Below the pieces are notes generated by a model that was not told the DNA's origin, did no database searches, and was given only the letters and a program-made list of their open reading frames with translations. A DNA stretch of 64,000 nucleotides from a virus, in the IMG/VR virus record IMGVR_UViG_3300034280_000809, positions 5,343 through 69,342 of that record; one strand, 5' to 3'. Position 1 is the stretch's first letter, and each line of letters starts with the position of its first letter. This document shows, in pieces, positions 18,849 to 29,757 of this stretch. The translations under genes and the position numbers were made by a program.

Positions 18849-19343
18849 ATGGATATTAAAGCACGATTTGCACAGATGAAAACTGCAGCTAAACCTAAGA
18901 GCGAAAGGCTTGCAGCTCTATGGCTTCGCGGGGATGTACTATCTTCTGGTAAGACAGAGGATGTTACCGTGATAGCCAAGCCATCGGAAGATGGTTCGAG
19001 CTTTACAATCTTCCAAGGTGATGCCCCTAACCTTGAAGCCAAGCAGTGCAATAAAGTTATCGGTACACTCAGAGCACCAGCTACACAAGACAAGGTGTCT
19101 GTCAAAGTTGACGCTGAGTTGTTTGAGAACTTTATCTTTAGAGGTGTCTTAAAGATCAAGGGTGTACCTCGACAAGCCACCATGTTTGTAAGCTCTGAAG
19201 AAGAGATTGCAGCAAGGTGTGAAAAGTCTGGTGCAGAACCTGGCAAGTTCCCGCCAGCTTATATTCTTTACACCCCCGATGCTACAGCTATCGATGCCGA
19301 TAACCCTACTCCACCTAAGAGTAGTAAGTCTAAGAAGAAATAA
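18849..19343 (+). CDS. Hypothetical protein
   Basis: AAGGAG RBS; followed by terminator. Confidence 0.7.
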   Translation: MDIKARFAQMKTAAKPKSERLAALWLRGDVLSSGKTEDVTVIAKPSEDGSSFTIFQGDAPNLEAKQCNKVIGTLRAPATQDKVSVKVDAELFENFIFRGVLKIKGVPRQATMFVSSEEEIAARCEKSGAEPGKFPPAYILYTPDATAIDADNPTPPKSSKSKKK

Positions 19344-19349
19344 ACTAAG

Positions 19350-19389
19350 AGAACCTTTACCCCTACCAAGGGTAAGGGTTCTTTTTTTT
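19350..19389 (+). terminator. Rho-independent terminator
   Basis: AGAACCTTTACCC/GGGTAAGGGTTCT stem followed by T-run. Confidence 0.8.
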
Positions 19390-19810
19390 CGCTACCGCGA
19401 ACTTGCTTATGCAAGCCAAAGCTTTTACTTAAGAGCTTAAGTTTTAAAAGCCGTTGAGTATTATTCTTTTAACCCCTCTCCGTCACTGCAAAATTCCAGC
19501 ACTTTTTATGTACTCTCTTTAGACCTTAAGTAAAAAGTTATTCCTCTTCAGTTTGGTAATGGCGGTAAGGGTACGGATATCCCGCCCAGTTATCGCCATG
19601 ACTTTTTGTACACCTCTCAGGGCTGGGGGGGAGCTTCACACAAGCTTTCGTATCTCTGGCCCTTAGAGGAATACACTCTGCCATTTATGCACCTAAGGTT
19701 TACAGGAGTTAGGTGTTTTGAAAAGTTCGCTAGTCTACCGATGGAACATTCCACTTTTGAAACCGCTTAGTGGGAGTTTGTAAAGGGTTGTTGCAAGGTT
19801 GGGAGGTTTA

Positions 19811-19829
19811 GGCCTGTTGGGTTATGGGG
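19811..19829 (+). promoter_or_regulatory. 19-bp repeated upstream motif, copy D
   Basis: GGCCTGTTGGGTTATGGGG, 16/19 identical to copy C. Confidence 0.4.
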
Positions 19830-19862
19830 TTGGAGATGAGCCTGTTTGACCAAGGGGGATTT

Positions 19863-20306
19863 ATGCTTTTTGAAATTGAGTTCAATCGAGAAGTTCGTGA
19901 CTTCCATCTTTGGGAGTTTAGTAAAGATCAAGAAGATCGATTGGAGTTAGATCAGGAGGATACAAAACAAACTGTTTTAAATCAGAGGAAGAGTTCCATG
20001 AGTACCTACTACGAGTGTCGCCCACTCATTCCGTTTAAGACCTTAAGGGAAAACCTTCCCGCAGGGTTAGATGTTTATGTGTCTGATGAGCTTAAAGATT
20101 TAGAGGTGTTTGCAATCCGTGATGCAGACGGTGCATACCTTTGGGTGTATCCCTGCAAAGGAAAAGAGGGAAGCTGCTTTGTTCGTTACGGAATGAACAA
20201 TGTTAATTCAATTCTAAGGCAGCTAGCCGATTGTTTTGGAGTCACATTTAAATCAGAGCACGAACTGTGGCCTGAGAATCAAGGAAGAAAATTTAACTAC
20301 AACTAA
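19863..20306 (+). CDS. Hypothetical protein
   Basis: ORF with G-rich RBS. Confidence 0.55.
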   Translation: MLFEIEFNREVRDFHLWEFSKDQEDRLELDQEDTKQTVLNQRKSSMSTYYECRPLIPFKTLRENLPAGLDVYVSDELKDLEVFAIRDADGAYLWVYPCKGKEGSCFVRYGMNNVNSILRQLADCFGVTFKSEHELWPENQGRKFNYN

Positions 20307-20316
20307 GGAGGCTGTA

Positions 20317-21957
20317 ATGGCTATTCAATTTGATGCTAGAGTCTTGGTGTTCCCTACTATTACCCCCGAAGTATTGAAGCTCCACCCCGATCTAGAATCT
20401 ATCTTCAATAGCTTTAGGGTTGCCTTAAGTCCTGACAAAAGCAACAACGCTTTCATTTCTGTAAGGCCTAATAAGAAAGCTTTGTTCTCGGTGAGCTTAG
20501 AGAAGAGCGATCAGTTTCTCGCAAAGGTTAAAGGAGAATACTTTGTTACGAGAGAGAGTAAAGAAAGGGTAAAGCTTTATAAGTTTTTCCCTGCGGTCAA
20601 CTGGGAAGGGATGTCCTGGTTCTCTCGTGAGGAACTGATTGCTATTTATAAGAAAGGCTATGAGTCTTTGCTACTGCAAAACTTTGTTCACCCTAAGGAC
20701 GCAGAGCCTTACATGGGATGGAAAGATAAAGGTCTTGAGTATTGCTTTAGGACTCAAAGGATTGTTAAAGGTAAACGTAAGCCTAAGTGTTTGTATAACG
20801 GCTGGCCTACTATCAATCTAATACAAGCTATTGAAAGACTGCCCGTAGGTGGAAGCGTAAGAGCCACCACTACAGATATGTCTTTTGATATGGTGAAGAG
20901 AAGCTACCTTGAGTACCTAGTCTATGATGGTACTGGTGTTGGTGTGGGTATGAAGTCTGCAATATCTTCCATACCCGGAACGAATGCCCTAAGGGATTCT
21001 ATACTTCTTTATCTAAACAAGACTGCCGATAGTAATAGGTATACTTCCGTAAGACCTGACGGAGAATATGCCGTAAGGGAAGGTCGAGTTTATTGTCCTA
21101 CCACTTACAAGTCTGAGCCAGAATGTACAAGAGCTATAAGAAAGCAATGGGAACGGATTGATATTCAAGAAGCTAAAGACCTTGAATGGAAACCGTTCTG
21201 TACCTTTGGTTATTATGATAGAGATACTTTTGTACCCAGCGGGCTTCCTTATCATATCCCTTTTGAAAGCCACGGGATTCCAACTTGGATTAAGCGTAAG
21301 GGTGAAGAAGGCGAAAAGAGTCCTGAGCATTTTCAATCCCTTGATGAATGGGAAAGAAACATGCCGTGGAAATCAGAAGAGGAAGTAGATTCGTTTGTTC
21401 CCTTTGAAGTTCCAAAAACTTTTAATGCCCAGGTGAGATGGTTCTGGAATCTTAAGAAACTTGTAACAGCTTTTGAAGACAGGTGGGAGCATCACCTAAG
21501 TCTTGAAGCCGTAGAGAGATCGCCAAGAGATTTGGAAAAGTATTTATGGAATAGAGATGAGCTAGTCAATGAACATTACAAGATGACTTGGGAAGCTAAC
21601 CAATGCTTGAAAGATTTTCCAGTGCTTAAGAAAGTCTTGGTTGTTAAGCAAGTGCTTAAAGATCTTAAGGCTTCGATAAAGAAGAAGCCGGAAGTCGTAA
21701 GCAAAGATAAAGAGTTGGCTCAAGCTATCTACGAATGGATTAGATACTACACCTTTGGGTATAAGAAAGCTCAAGCAAAAGATAAAAAGCTTCTTGATTG
21801 GAATCTTAAACAATCAAAGCAAGAAAGAATTAAAGCTAAAGCTTGTATGTCTAACCTTGCAAGAGTGCATAAGACTACAGCTAAAGCGTACAAGATTATT
21901 GCGTCACCTGAGTATGCCAGTTGCTATCAAACAAAAACTATTAAAGGACTAATATGA
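20317..21957 (+). CDS. Large hypothetical protein
   Basis: AAGGAGG RBS before ATG 20317; no recognised motif. Confidence 0.7.
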   Translation: MAIQFDARVLVFPTITPEVLKLHPDLESIFNSFRVALSPDKSNNAFISVRPNKKALFSVSLEKSDQFLAKVKGEYFVTRESKERVKLYKFFPAVNWEGMSWFSREELIAIYKKGYESLLLQNFVHPKDAEPYMGWKDKGLEYCFRTQRIVKGKRKPKCLYNGWPTINLIQAIERLPVGGSVRATTTDMSFDMVKRSYLEYLVYDGTGVGVGMKSAISSIPGTNALRDSILLYLNKTADSNRYTSVRPDGEYAVREGRVYCPTTYKSEPECTRAIRKQWERIDIQEAKDLEWKPFCTFGYYDRDTFVPSGLPYHIPFESHGIPTWIKRKGEEGEKSPEHFQSLDEWERNMPWKSEEEVDSFVPFEVPKTFNAQVRWFWNLKKLVTAFEDRWEHHLSLEAVERSPRDLEKYLWNRDELVNEHYKMTWEANQCLKDFPVLKKVLVVKQVLKDLKASIKKKPEVVSKDKELAQAIYEWIRYYTFGYKKAQAKDKKLLDWNLKQSKQERIKAKACMSNLARVHKTTAKAYKIIASPEYASCYQTKTIKGLI

Positions 21958-23587
21958 TTCTACACTTTAAGGATCACGGAGAGCTTGCGTCTGGTGGGCT
22001 ATTGCCTATCTGTTCGCTTAAGAGTAGTAAAGCTTCTGACAATTTCTATTGGGCTAATGTAAATAAAACCTGTCGTCTGTTTCTGTTTAAGAACTCTTCA
22101 ACTTTGTGCATGTTAAACACAGAGAACGGTAAATGGGTGACCCTTTGCAAGTTGGAAAAGCTTGCTCAAGGTTGGAGAGGAATGTTTGGCTGGCTCTATC
22201 TTCAGATAATAAAGTCTCCTATACCCGAAGGCCCGCCTTACATTCTTTACTATTCAAACCAATGGGAACAATAACTTTAGGACTAAAGAGGTAAGATTAA
22301 CTTAAAACTTTTTGGAGGTACTTATGTTTACTACAGGGCTGTGTTATAGTTCCCGCCCCAAACTTACAAAAGGTTTAAGCATGAATGTTATAAGCTGTGA
22401 GCTGAATCTTACCTCTCGTGATTGGTTAAGAATCCTAATGCTGTTAGGAGAAGATAGCTCTGAAGGCAAAAAGATTATAACTATTTTAAAAAAGATGAAG
22501 GAGTCATCGTGCTTAAAAGATGCCGTCAACGCAGGGCTAAACAGCTAATAGAAAAGATAGCCAAAAGAATGAGTAAGGATCTAGGTAAAAACTTCTTAGA
22601 TCCTTTTGATATGCGAGATGCTTATGTAGAAAAATATGGGATGAAAAGATTAGCACGAAGATTCGATTTCTGTTCCATCATTATGTGAGAATTAAAAATG
22701 GACAACAAGATTAAAGACCTTGTAAAGAAGCTTAAGTACGCAAGGAAAATTGTTTCTTGGAAACTTGTTGAAGAAGTTGTGGAAATTTTAATGGAGTTTA
22801 ATAATGATAAACTTAACGAACATAAGAGTTCGCAAATTCAAAAACCCATCAAAGACTAAGCTAGCAAGAATAACCTTAGACGAAAATACTTGTAAAGAAC
22901 TTGTGTGGTTCTGGAAGCCAGTGCAGGAATTACTGGTTAGCCTTAATGCACACGACAAAGAAACTAATAAACGACACGGCAACTACAAAGAAATTTATAT
23001 TGAAACTTGTTTAAGACCTGCGTTTTATTCAGATGTTCGCAAACGCTTTTATGGAAATAAAGAAACTATGTCTTGTGACAGAAGTTTTAAATTGACCTAT
23101 GAACAATTGACTTTGTTAGAAGGCATTACTAATGCAGTAGTGTTTGGTCATGTCCGTCAAAGGTTTGAGAATTCATATGAGGTTGTAGAGATAACTCCTT
23201 CTAGTATTATCATTTCGTTTTCGGGGATACCACATCATGGGATTTAAGATTACTCAACCGTCTAATCCTCCGTTTATTATGACACCAGATATGAAGAGAG
23301 ATGTATGCGTATTAGTATCAAGTCTTCCTAGCAACTTGCAACCACTTGTAAGCCCTACTGAAATTGTGCTTGGCTTTAACAAGCAAAAGTATATACCTAC
23401 AAGTTATGCAAATGAGCTTGGTTTTTATCCCGTCTCTGGAAGTAACTCAGGTTCTGGCGGGCCAGAGTCTGGTTATTACACTATCAACTCAGGAGAAGAG
23501 TCAGGTTCTGGATCTGGATTTGCTTCTACTATTAAAGAAGTACACGACAGGCATAATCAAAATCTAAATTCAAGACTTCGTAAATAA
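21954..23587 (+). CDS. Cluster of small hypothetical early genes (21954-22274, 22804-23247, 23237-23587 and shorter ORFs)
   Basis: Co-directional, tightly packed ORFs. Confidence 0.5.
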
Positions 23588-23637
23588 AAGTTCTTATTTA
23601 ATCTAATGTGTTTTTAAACTTCTTTAAGGAAAGTTGT

Positions 23638-23922
23638 ATGACCACTTATTGTAAATTGCGTAGCGGTGAATGGGGTATCAAGGGCGAGGGATTAGAAGAA
23701 GGAAAAGTTGTAGAAGTAACTACCAAGGCAGGTGTTACTAAGAAGGTGCAAGTAGGAAAGGTAATCTTTACCAAAGATGCTTTTAGTATTGCAGCTATCT
23801 CCAAGCCTTCCGCACCGAAAGAAGAGGAACTAAAAAACTGTTGGGAGTGCGGATGCAAGTTCAGTAAAGACGATTGCTTTAGAAGAGATGGTGATTGGAA
23901 CGAGGGGTACTGTGGATGCTAA
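23638..23922 (+). CDS. Hypothetical protein with C-terminal Zn-finger-like CxxC
   Basis: KLRSGEWGI motif; CWECG...C...CGC. Confidence 0.55.
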   Translation: MTTYCKLRSGEWGIKGEGLEEGKVVEVTTKAGVTKKVQVGKVIFTKDAFSIAAISKPSAPKEEELKNCWECGCKFSKDDCFRRDGDWNEGYCGC

Positions 23923-24821
23923 AAATAGTAGACATGTTTGCCGGAGCTGGCGGCTTCAGCACAGGTGCAGTTCAAGCAGGGTGTGAAGTTGTGTGGGCAG
24001 CAAACCATTGGAAGGATGCAGTGCATGTACATGAGTGCAACCACCCAAAGACTTTCCATAGTTGTCAAGACTTACAACAAGCAGACTTCACAACGCTTCC
24101 TAAGTACGATGTTTTATTAGCTAGTCCTTCTTGCCAAGGACATAGTAAAGCAAGAGGAGTAGACAAACCGCGACATGACTCAGCCCGAAGTACAGCTTGG
24201 GCAGTAGTGGCTTGCGTTGAAGCTACAGAGCCTAAGGCTTTTGTAGTTGAGAATGTAACTGAGTTTATTACATGGACTCTTTACCCTCAGTGGAAGAGTT
24301 GCATGGAGAGCTTAGGTTATAAAGTTGCTGTTAATGTTTTGAACGCAGCAGACTTTGGTGTTGCTCAGTCTAGGGTTAGAGTGTTCATAACAGGATCTAA
24401 AACAAAACCTCTTAGTGTTAATGTGAATCCTTTTAAAACTCCTATTCCCTTTAAGAACTTAATAGAACCTGGGCAATACAAATGGTCGCCTGTCTCAGAG
24501 AAGGCAGAGAGCACTAAACGAAAATGGACTAATGGTAAGAAAGATTTTGGTAATGATTTCTTGATTGCTTACTACGGGTCAGAGAGAGGTGGAAGAAGTA
24601 TTAGCAAACCTATCGGAACGATTACTACCAAAGAAAAGTTTGCTCTTATCAATGGCGACAAGATGCGAATGCTTTCTTTGAGTGAATACAAAAACGCTAT
24701 GGGATTTCCTAAAGACTATCTGTTGCCTAAGAGCAAGAGCCTTGCGTTACACATGCTAGGTAATGCAGTATGTCCGCCAGTAGCAAAAGAAATACTAACT
24801 CAGTTAAAGGAGTGCATTTAA
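23916..24821 (+). CDS. DNA (cytosine-5) methyltransferase
   Basis: Motifs I (FAGAGG), IV (SPSCQGHS), VI (ENV), VIII (QSRVRVF), X (GNAV). Confidence 0.92.
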   Translation: MLKIVDMFAGAGGFSTGAVQAGCEVVWAANHWKDAVHVHECNHPKTFHSCQDLQQADFTTLPKYDVLLASPSCQGHSKARGVDKPRHDSARSTAWAVVACVEATEPKAFVVENVTEFITWTLYPQWKSCMESLGYKVAVNVLNAADFGVAQSRVRVFITGSKTKPLSVNVNPFKTPIPFKNLIEPGQYKWSPVSEKAESTKRKWTNGKKDFGNDFLIAYYGSERGGRSISKPIGTITTKEKFALINGDKMRMLSLSEYKNAMGFPKDYLLPKSKSLALHMLGNAVCPPVAKEILTQLKECI

Positions 24822-25718
24822 TGGCTAGTGTATTTTCAAGAGTTAGTTGGGCAGTCAATGATGTAGAACAAAGTATTGAAGAATTAAATCAAAAGCAAAA
24901 CCTTAATATTCAAATGAATGAAGTTGACTGCATTGATTTTCTTTCAGAGATCGAAGAAGAGTTAATAGAAGCAATGATAAGTAAAGGGTGGTCAGTAATT
25001 GATTCTAAGTTAGAAGAAAAGTTTGGAATAAGAAAGGCAGAAGCTGTTGATGTCAAAGCCTAAGGTTGAAATACCAATGACTTTGTTAGAGGTAGAGTGG
25101 GCTAAAGACTTGCTAGGCAAAGCCGTTGCTCACTCTATGAAAAACCACACAGAAGTTTCTGCAAAGTTAGTAGCTGAAGCTAAAAAGATTCATGAGTTTT
25201 TTACAAGCACTTACGAAAAACAAAACAAGAAGAAGGATGATCATGTCACAGTACAGAATAAAGAAAGGTGAGAAGACTATTGTTTACGGCTTTGATCATT
25301 GCATACCCGAATACTTTTTGTGGGTGCAAGATGATGAAGACGCAGTAGAAGAATTGGTTGGTTGTTTAGGAAGTCTTTCGGGAACTAACGGACATATGAT
25401 CCAGGCAATATCAAAGCTTGATTTAGTTTCAGAAATACCTAGAGAGCATTTAGAACTTATCGCAAGTGACTTACCTATTTAGGGGATGATGCAATGGCAT
25501 TTGAAGATGCAACATTTAAATTAATATGTCTTAGCATTGAAGATTTCATTGCTGAACTTCACAACATAGCTCAAGACTGTTTAGATCAAAAACCTTTTAC
25601 AGAAGAACAACGCATGAGAATTCTGTTTTTGGTTTCAGCAAAGCTTGAAGATATTAACAATCCAAATGATGACACCGATCCAGATTGGAGGATAAGAGAT
25701 GAGCGAGGAAGCAACTAA
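24821..25718 (+). CDS. Four small hypothetical genes
   Basis: Packed co-directional ORFs of about 75-97 aa. Confidence 0.5.
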
Positions 25719-27120
25719 GTTTCAAGGTTGGTACTGCGTGATATCTGACTACTACAGCGAACCACCTTGGGTAGATATTAGATTACCTAAAGATCTCGAT
25801 CCAGAAAAGTTTGAAGGCAATGACTTAGAGTTAGTGACGCGGAGAGTTTGCAATGTGTTAGGGGTCGATTACTCAGAAGACCATTCGTTATCGTGGGAAG
25901 AACGAGAGACTGAAAACGAAGAAGAGGACATATATATGTATGAATTATTCTTTGTAAAAGAGGGAGGCAAGTTGTGTCTATCACGCCGATAATGAAACAA
26001 TGGACATTAAATCTTGAAGATAAATATATAGAAGAAGCATTAAGAAAAACTAACAGAGATTGGCTAACTGTTAATTTTCCTGCAGACATAGACCCCGAAT
26101 GTCTTACTGGAAAAGATTTAGAGACTGTAGCCAATGAAGCAATGTCTATATTTAGAATTGATTATGAACACACAGGGGAAGATCCTTTTAGTAATTGGTG
26201 GGAGGAAGATCAAGGTGAAGAAACAAATGCACACCTTACTTTTATAAGAGAGGGTAGTGATTTAGTTTTATTAGAAGACGATGACTCTTTGGAATTCTTT
26301 AGAGATCCAGTTCAAATAACCGAGGATGAATTTGAATCTAAGTTTACCATGACCAAGAATCATTTAGAACCTAACGCAAGTTTAGATGGTTGCATGTACG
26401 AAACTTATGGTGAAGAAGTAGAGTACATTGCTTCTCTTGCAAACAGTAAAAGAGTGTGGACTTTTATTGAAGCTGAAGACAATGTTTACTTTGTTACCGG
26501 GATGCACTTTGTAAATCGATTGGGTTACTTTGTTACAACAGAACCTTACACAGAAGAGTACGAAGTTTTATTAGGTAATCATAAAGGAGATGACATGCTT
26601 ACAGATGTAGAACCTATAGATTTATTTTTGGGTAATGAGAAGCAATACATTCTTAATGCTTTAGATACTTATAAAGAAGTAAGAATAAAAGAGATCAAAC
26701 AAATTGAGGCTAGCGGTAGAACACCTTTCTTTACCGTGAATTATATCGATCAGATGACAGAACAACTTAAGGATAAGGTAAAAGAATTATCTCAAACCGA
26801 AAGAAGTTGATATGCCAATCCAAGAACTGATAGATACTATGTATTACAAAACTATAAGCCATACGGATTTTTGTTTAAAGTTTACTTTAGTAGAGAATCA
26901 TTTTAAGAGTACCGTTGGAAATACAGAATACCTTTTTGAACCTGACGGGAAAGAGTTGGAGTACATAAACTCTTTAAAGAACTCGAATAGAGTGTGGACT
27001 ATTTGGGAAGAGGATGGGCTTATAATTTATACTTCAACTGTGTCTGACTATAACCCTTATGGTTTTCTAATAACCAATGAGCCTTATACAGAAAACATCA
27101 GAGTGATGTTAATTAACTAA
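25699..27120 (+). CDS. Three acidic hypothetical proteins sharing duplicated domains (25699-25992, 25974-26810, 26812-27120)
   Basis: Shared P.D.DPE...G.DLE.V and RVWT..E....T.EPYTE segments. Confidence 0.65.
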
Positions 27121-27142
27121 ACCTATTTGAAGGAGAAGACTA

Positions 27143-27523
27143 ATGCCTCATTCACCCGGCCCTTGGAAAGCAGATGTTTTGTATGACGGAGAAGATGGTG
27201 GCTTATATGAAATAGGTATTTATACTTCTGATGACAACGATGAGATAGCAATACTTAGTACAGACGATAGCGACATCGCAAACCTTTATCCCGGATTGTA
27301 TTCTTCCATAACAAATAAACAAACAGAACAAGAAGTTATAGATGCTAACGCAAAGCTTATAGCAGCAGCACCAGAGTTGTTAGAGGCTTGCCAAGAGTTT
27401 GTCAAACATATTAAGTCGTTAGGTACAGATACTGAAAAGTGTCGTTACTTAAGCATGGCACTTAATTGTCGTGCGGGGGACTTAATCGAAACCGCCATCG
27501 CCAAAGCAACAGGAGAAAGATAA
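27143..27523 (+). CDS. Phage protein of the H.PGPW...ANA.LIAAAPELL family, copy 1
   Basis: Signature motif. Confidence 0.7.
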   Translation: MPHSPGPWKADVLYDGEDGGLYEIGIYTSDDNDEIAILSTDDSDIANLYPGLYSSITNKQTEQEVIDANAKLIAAAPELLEACQEFVKHIKSLGTDTEKCRYLSMALNCRAGDLIETAIAKATGER

Positions 27524-27825
27524 TGAATCATTCATCTGCCCCTTGGCGAATACGGAAACCAAGTGATTACGCTCCTGACTCTGTCTATGAAATAGAAACT
27601 GACAGACCAAACGAATATCACGGTCAAATTATTGCTGCCATAACAAAGGGTAGCTCAAACTCTAATGCTAATGCAAAGCTTATTGCAACCGCACCAGAAC
27701 TATTAAAAATGGTTGCAGCTTTAGTAGGGTTATTAGATGACGGAAGTTCAAATCATTTTGCTATTAAAGCTGTAAAAGAAGGTAAAGCTTTGTGGGAAAA
27801 AGCTACGGGAGAATCATGGGAATAA
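27523..27825 (+). CDS. Phage protein of the H.PGPW...ANA.LIAAAPELL family, copy 2
   Basis: HSSAPW...ANAKLIATAPELL. Confidence 0.7.
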   Translation: MNHSSAPWRIRKPSDYAPDSVYEIETDRPNEYHGQIIAAITKGSSNSNANAKLIATAPELLKMVAALVGLLDDGSSNHFAIKAVKEGKALWEKATGESWE

Positions 27826-28048
27826 AGAGGAATGAAAATTTATTTGCTTGATGCTGTGTTAGATCACTCGATAGAGAGAACTTTAATACACAAGATGTAA
27901 TTGCAGAAAGCGAGCTTGACGCTTTTAAAATAGCAGACTCTTTTGGTTTAGCATTAAGCTGCGGTGAATGGAGGGTAAGAAAAGTATTATCTCTTCCTAA
28001 TGATCCTATACTCTTCGATCAATACTTAAGCTAAAGAAAGGGTAATAC

Positions 28049-28950
28049 ATGATGACTTATTTAAAGTTCAGTAAATTTTTAGAAGACTTTACTAAGCATG
28101 GGGATAAAAGCTGGGAGCATCAAGCTATTAAAGCTCAAGCTATTCCTATGCTTGAAGCTATTGTAAAGCTAGTAATGTTAGATCGTCATAAACTAGAAGA
28201 CAATACTGTTGCTAGTCTAGGTAAACTTATTGTGGATGCTACCGGATTAAACCCAGTCTATGTTGCAGATCAAATAGCAATGGCCCATGACGAAGGTCTT
28301 GATGACTTTGCCGATCAGCTTGTAGAACACATGTACGATTAAGGTTTAAGTAATTACTTATTTCGTTTATCTTCCTCTAAGAATTTATCTTAGTTTCCAA
28401 ATACTTTTTAACTAAGAAGGGAGTCGTTATGGCTTCTGCTGAAAAACAAACTAAAACAAAAACAAAAGCATCTGAAAAAATTATAACTCCTGACGCGTCT
28501 ACCCTGTTGTATGAACTATATAAGCAGGTAGATAAACCTAGAGATCTAATTAAGGAAGATGTGATATTAGTTTATCATAACAGGTATCGCATTAACCTTT
28601 GGGTGTCTATTAAGAATGACTTCATACCCAATGCAGGTTTCATATCAAAAAGTTATTTTGTTTCTTATGATTTGGAAGGATTAAAAATATTTCCTTAAGG
28701 AGAAACAATGGGTGTAAAAAAATCTAAATCAACAATAAGGATTTTTGTAAAAGTTAAGTGGGGAGAATCTTTAGATATTAATCAATGCACAGTGGAAGAA
28801 TATGAATTTAAAACTAAAGGAGAAGTTGAAGCATTCTTATTAGGTGTTAACGAAGGTAATGGCTGGTTTGATTATAAGGTAAAAATAAAGACTTGCATCT
28901 TAGATAAAACAAAAGCAGATCTTCATTACGATTCTCCAGAAAAATGGTGA
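28049..28950 (+). CDS. Three small hypothetical genes (28049-28342, 28429-28698, 28708-28950)
   Basis: RBS-preceded ORFs. Confidence 0.55.
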
Positions 28951-29098
28951 GACTAATTATGATTAAATTTTATTGCTTGATTGTATTAGTTTGTTGTGGG
29001 TGTACTAAAACCGTGGAGTCTAATATTAACACTGAAGTGTATCCCCACAATCCTGAGGTAATAAACAAAGTTAATCTTGGTGTTACTTATAAAGGTAC

Positions 29099-29605
29099 AT
29101 GGTGATGAATAAAAAACATCTTGTAGCTATTATAGGATTCAAAGGTTCACAGGCTTCCTTCAAAACAGAAGCTTATAAGTTTTACAAAAGCACTGCATAC
29201 ACTGAAGTTAAAACACTTGTTAATTACTATTACAATTGCGATTGGTATTTCATTAGTCCTAAACACGGAATAGTTCATCCAGAAGAAAAGCTTGAACCTT
29301 ATAGTTTATGTAGTTACCCAGAAGAGGTTTGGTCACCCCTATGTAATAGTGCTGTAACTAATCAAGCATGGATAAACAAAGTAGAATATCAGTTGTACTT
29401 ACTTTCTTTTAAGTACGAAAACTTTATAACCTTTGCAGAAAAAGATTTAGTAAAGCCTTTTGAAATCTTAAGAACTACAAATATAAATAAAGGAAAACAC
29501 TACCGAAGCCTTTATAGATTTTGTAAAATGATGATACCCCTCGCAGAGCGTTGGCGACTTTACAACAATGAATTAATACATAAATCACCCTACATAACAA
29601 AATAG
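29099..29605 (+). CDS. DUF6884-like protein
   Basis: A..FY.S...WYFISPKHGIV.P...LEPY motif. Confidence 0.5.
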   Translation: MVMNKKHLVAIIGFKGSQASFKTEAYKFYKSTAYTEVKTLVNYYYNCDWYFISPKHGIVHPEEKLEPYSLCSYPEEVWSPLCNSAVTNQAWINKVEYQLYLLSFKYENFITFAEKDLVKPFEILRTTNINKGKHYRSLYRFCKMMIPLAERWRLYNNELIHKSPYITK

Positions 29606-29757
29606 TTTTCAAGAAATAAAGCCGATGCTAAGAAGCGGACAGTTCTTTTTCGATGTGGATTGCTCCCTTGAGATCCGGCATCGGCTTTAATATTACATTT
29701 AAAAGTGTAAGAAAAACAAATACATATTTCTGACAAACAAAGAAGGTTTACTTATGA

